Source: Deferrisomatales bacterium
Lineage (GTDB): Bacteria; Desulfobacterota; Deferrisomatia; Deferrisomatales; JACRMM01
NCBI GenBank assembly: GCA_033551855.1
Contig: JAWSUI010000084.1
Location: 1-11,416, forward strand
Length of the DNA: 11,416 bases
Direction of reading: 5' to 3'
Both the position numbers and the translations under genes were made by a program. A model generated the notes under the pieces. It was given only the letters and a program-made list of their open reading frames with translations. It was not told where the DNA came from and searched no databases. Shown one piece after another: positions 8,868-11,416 of the stretch; positions within the stretch are counted from its first letter, which is position 1; the number at the start of each line of letters is the position of its first letter.

Positions 8868-8914
8868 GGGTTCTTCGGTAAACGACCGGGTGGGCCCGCC
8901 CACCCCGGCAGACG
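8868..8914 (+). repeat. Repeat unit 2 copy A (degenerate, 24-bp internal deletion)
   Basis: 8868-8891 matches 11345-11369 (22/25) and 8882-8914 matches 11384-11416 (27/33). It is inverted relative to 9006-9038. Confidence 0.8.
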
Positions 8915-9005
8915 ATGCCGGGCTGCACGGTAGGTGTTCTCCCCTGCCGCATCCGGAATCCTCGCGGCATCGCCACTCCCGAAAGGGCTGCTCACGTCGA
9001 GCGGC

Positions 9006-9086
9006 CGTCCGCCTACGTGGTCGGGCCCACCCGATCGTCCCTGGACACGAGGTCCCGGTAATCTCCCGGATGATCCAGAAAGTGCG
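9006..9086 (-). repeat. Repeat unit 2 copy C (inverted)
   Basis: 9006-9051 is the exact reverse complement of 11371-11416 (46/46). Degenerate similarity continues ~35 bp further (cccggt, ccggatga, tgcg). Confidence 0.95.
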
Positions 9087-9093
9087 AGGGATG

Positions 9094-9122
9094 TTGACGG
9101 GGGACCGGGAAACCCCTATGCT
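9094..9122 (+). promoter_or_regulatory. Sigma70-type promoter
   Basis: TTGACG (9094-9099), a 17-bp spacer and TATGCT (9117-9122). It lies ~55 nt upstream of the ATG at 9177, which has a GGAGGTG SD (9164-9170). Confidence 0.75.
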
Positions 9123-9176
9123 GTGCCAGTGCACGCTTTCACGAGTGCACAAGTGGTCCGACCGGAGGTGAGGGCC

Positions 9177-9353
9177 ATGACCCGTGAGTACACCGCCTAC
9201 TTGGCCGAGAAGTTCCTGCGCGAGCACCGGGCACAGGCCGTCGAGAAACGCCTGGCGTTCGATGCGTGGGCCGACCGTCAGGGATTCGGGGGGGATGCGA
9301 AGCGGCGCCTCTGGCAGGAGGTCAAGACCCTCACCCGCCGTCACGCCGCCTGA
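9177..9353 (+). CDS. Small hypothetical protein (58 aa, basic, probably helical)
   Basis: MTREYTAYLAEKFLREHRAQAVEKRLAFDAWADRQGFGGDAKRRLWQEVKTLTRRHAA. It has a strong SD, its own promoter, GC-rich third codon positions, a normal composition (unlike the P/R/G-rich shadow ORFs) and downstream hairpins. Confidence 0.8.
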   Translation: MTREYTAYLAEKFLREHRAQAVEKRLAFDAWADRQGFGGDAKRRLWQEVKTLTRRHAA

Positions 9354-9394
9354 AGGGGGGGCGTCGCCCTCCCCGGCACGAGCAGGAGGCCTCG

Positions 9395-9462
9395 TGTCCG
9401 GGGCGTGTCTGCCCCGGACAGCGGCCTTCCCTGCTCCCCTCCCCTCCCGGACAAGGGGAGGG
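9395..9462. terminator. Tandem GC-rich hairpins between convergent genes (terminator or REP-like)
   Basis: Perfect 10-bp stem tgtccggggc (9395-9404)/gccccggaca (9411-9420) and perfect 9-bp stem ccctcccct (9437-9445)/aggggaggg (9454-9462). No U-tracts. Confidence 0.45.
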
Positions 9463-9504
9463 CGTCCGCCGAGGGCAGCTCCGCCGGGGATGGTGAAGGG
9501 GCCG

Positions 9505-10332
9505 TCACACGGGGAAGCCCATCTCCCTCCTCACTTGCCGGTACTGCTGCGACCAAGCCCCGGACCGCGTCCGGACCACCAACGGCTCGTCCTCCACCGG
9601 TTCTTCGGGCGGCCCCCTCCTGGCGCAGAAGAGGGTGATCAGGCTCTGCCTCCCCTCCCGGAACAGAACCGGGCGCAGGCGGATGCGGCCGAGCCCTGCG
9701 GACCGACTGTCCTCGAGGTTCTCCTCCCGGTACCGCGAGGCGTGCACCCAGACCGTGAAGCCCCGCTCCACCAACCGCTCGCCGGCTACCTCCAGATAGG
9801 CCTGTGCACCCCCCCGGTCCTCGAACCGGCAAGGGCCCCTCTGGGGCAAGGGGCTCCGGCGTCCCTCGCCCGCCGTGAGGTAGGGAGGGCTGCCCGTCAC
9901 CACGTCAAACGCCTCCCCCGGCCGCAGGGCGGCCGGGTCGCGGAAGTCGGCCGCGCGGATCTCCGCCCGGTCCGCGGCGCCGTTGTATGCGATGCTCCGG
10001 CGGGCCAGCGCGGCGCTGATCTCCTGGGCCTCAACTCCCACGAAACGCAATCGGGGGAACTTCCAGAGCAGGAGCAGCCCCACCGAGCCGATGCCGCACC
10101 CCAGGTCCAGGCACCGCCCAGGGGTGACGCCGCTCCTTTCGGCTTCCCGGGCCGCATACCAGGCGGTCAGCAGGTCGTCGGTGGAGTACCGGTGCCCTCT
10201 GCGAAGCTGGAAGATCCGCCAGTGGCCGGCCAGGCAGTCCAGTGTCTCCCCCGGGCCCGGTTGCCTCCAAGGGGCTTCGGCGCCGGGCGGGACCGGACCC
10301 GGGGGTACCCACCCCTCCGGCCTCCTACGCAC
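9505..10332 (-). CDS. Class I SAM-dependent methyltransferase, tRNA1(Val) m6A37 (TrmN6/YfiC)-like
   Basis: 275 aa from a GTG overlapping the HAD stop. Motifs: 'IFQLRRGHRYSTDDLL', motif I LDLGCGIG, motif II GVEAQ, motif IV FDVVTGSPPY. Confidence 0.8.
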   Translation of the reverse strand: MRRRPEGWVPPGPVPPGAEAPWRQPGPGETLDCLAGHWRIFQLRRGHRYSTDDLLTAWYAAREAERSGVTPGRCLDLGCGIGSVGLLLLWKFPRLRFVGVEAQEISAALARRSIAYNGAADRAEIRAADFRDPAALRPGEAFDVVTGSPPYLTAGEGRRSPLPQRGPCRFEDRGGAQAYLEVAGERLVERGFTVWVHASRYREENLEDSRSAGLGRIRLRPVLFREGRQSLITLFCARRGPPEEPVEDEPLVVRTRSGAWSQQYRQVRREMGFPV

Positions 10333-10990
10333 GCAGCCCCCCGAGCTCGGTGCAGCCCAGGTGCACGAGTTGCCGCCGGAGGTCCTCGGCCCCGCGAAAC
10401 ACCATCCCCTTCATGCCGGCGGCGGTCGCCCCGTCCGCGTACGCCGTCACGTCGTCCGTGTAGACCAAGGCAGAGGGGGGCATCCCCAGCCGGCGGGCCA
10501 CTTCCCGGTACGTGCGGGGGTCGGGCTTCATGCAGCCGACCTCGAAACTGTACACGCGGGCCCGGAACAGGGACGCCTCGGGTGTCGTCTCGATGAACAG
10601 TCGGGCGTGCTCCGGGCTCGTGTTCGAGAGCAGGCCGAGCGGCCGGCAACCCGCGAGGCGCTCCAGGAGGAGGGATACCCCTGGAATCGGGGCGAAGACT
10701 CCAAGATAGGCTTCCAGGAAACGCCCCCGGCTGCACGGGAAGCCCAGCCGCGCCAACTCCCCGAGAACGTCCTCCAGCCCTGCCCGTCCCGTCTCGTACG
10801 CCACCTGTGCGGTGGATCCGACGAAGGCCTCCAGGAGCTGGGGTCCCCGATCCCCGGCCAGAGCCCTGGCCATGGCCGGGTAGTCCACGGAGTACAGTAC
10901 GTTGCCGAAGTCGAACACCACCCCGGGCTCCCCCCCGGGCCCTGCGGCGCCCTCCCTGCCCGGCAGCGCGTGCGCGACGGCGGTCCTCAT
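10325..10990 (-). CDS. HAD-superfamily phosphatase (YihX-like, subfamily IA)
   Basis: Motif I VVFDFGNVL, motif II LLSNT, motif III MKPDP, motif IV YTDD. ATG 10990 is the nearest start before motif I but has no clear SD, so the start is uncertain. Confidence 0.85.
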   Translation of the reverse strand: MRTAVAHALPGREGAAGPGGEPGVVFDFGNVLYSVDYPAMARALAGDRGPQLLEAFVGSTAQVAYETGRAGLEDVLGELARLGFPCSRGRFLEAYLGVFAPIPGVSLLLERLAGCRPLGLLSNTSPEHARLFIETTPEASLFRARVYSFEVGCMKPDPRTYREVARRLGMPPSALVYTDDVTAYADGATAAGMKGMVFRGAEDLRRQLVHLGCTELGGLRA

Positions 10991-11066
10991 ACGGCCAGGG
11001 TACGTGCACTTCCCGCAGGAGCTCAAGGGAGGTCCTTCCCCCGGATCCACCGGAAAGCGCCGGCGA

Positions 11067-11206
11067 GCGGAGTCCGGGAGCCCCTGCGTTTCACCTCGCG
11101 ATCCGCGGCAATTCGAAGAGGTGCCCCAGCAGTCCCCGGTGCGTAGGGCTTCAGCCGCTTGCGCCGCCCTCATCGACCCGGTGGAGGCGGTGCGGGGCTG
11201 CACTCC
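11067..11206 (+). repeat. Degenerate non-coding repeat, unit 1 copy B
   Basis: Aligns to 8609-8747 at about 71% identity with one gap. Confidence 0.85.
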
Positions 11207-11334
11207 TGGGCTCCCCGGCCCCGCCGGACAATCTGATGGTGGATTCCGGTGTCCGGGGAATGACGGGTTTCCCGGACGGGCCGCCGGCAAGGACCACGGC
11301 TTGGGTCTACCGGAAAGCACCGGCCTTGCTGCAC

Positions 11335-11416
11335 CGCATCTCTCGGGTTCATCCGGCAAACGACCGGGTACTCGTGTCCAGGGACGATCGGGTGGGCCCG
11401 ACCACGTAGGCGGACG
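11335..11416 (+). repeat. Repeat unit 2 copy B, running to the window end
   Basis: 11371-11416 is the exact reverse complement of 9006-9051. It contains the internal direct repeat acgaccgggt (11360-11369)/acgatcgggt (11384-11393). Confidence 0.95.

Noticed and set aside
5762..8995. 1077-aa ORF suggesting a giant SerA fusion
   Set aside because: The first ~547 aa are P/R/G-rich off-frame translation across the pseudouridine synthase gene and intergenic DNA. SerA has its own SD and ATG at 7354, and stop codons are rare at this GC content.
8464..9176. Known RNA gene (6S, SRP, RNase P, tmRNA, group II intron, riboswitch) in the long intergenic region
   Set aside because: I found no diagnostic motif for any of these by eye. 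An Rfam scan is needed to exclude them fully.
26..10596. Many long antisense or off-frame ORFs (e.g. 409-2406, 3355-5685, 5792-7471, 9184-10596)
   Set aside because: Shadow ORFs of well-supported genes in high-GC DNA, with no recognisable motifs.
10325..10990. HAD protein as phosphoserine phosphatase SerB partnering serA
   Set aside because: Motif I is DFGNV (YihX-like), not SerB's DxDST, and the gene is in a different transcription unit.
10991..11359. In-frame N-terminal extensions of the HAD and RluA ORFs with similar peptides (RGSRGETQGLPD vs RGLRGVTHALPD)
   Set aside because: The similarity follows from the DNA repeat. Substitutions fall in all codon positions, the RluA gene has a good SD at its shorter start, and a shared frame has a 1-in-3 chance.
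8609..11416. CRISPR array or autonomous IS
   Set aside because: The repeats are not regularly spaced with unique spacers, and no cas, transposase or recombinase ORF is in the window.

Overview
Very GC-rich bacterial DNA; a deltaproteobacterial (Desulfobacterota/Myxococcota-like) origin is my inference from gene style only. The left half is a potassium-transport locus: a partial LolA-fold gene (+), trkA-trkH (-), and, divergently, a stand-alone PilZ protein followed by a 2-TM K+ channel with tandem RCK modules (+). Next come serA and an S4-containing RluA-family pseudouridine synthase (-). The right part holds a ~710-bp non-coding region, an orphan 58-aa gene with a near-consensus sigma70 promoter (+), a TrmN6/YfiC-like methyltransferase and a YihX-like HAD phosphatase (-), and a second ~420-bp non-coding region running to the window end. 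The two non-coding regions are related. They share a ~140-bp degenerate direct repeat (~71% identity by hand count, with one compensatory base-pair change) and a second repeat unit present three times. Two of those copies form a perfect 46-bp inverted pair (9006-9051 and 11371-11416) bracketing three genes. This unexplained structured repeat system and the PilZ/K+-channel pairing are the best leads. No transposase, recombinase, CRISPR array, tRNA or rRNA was seen.
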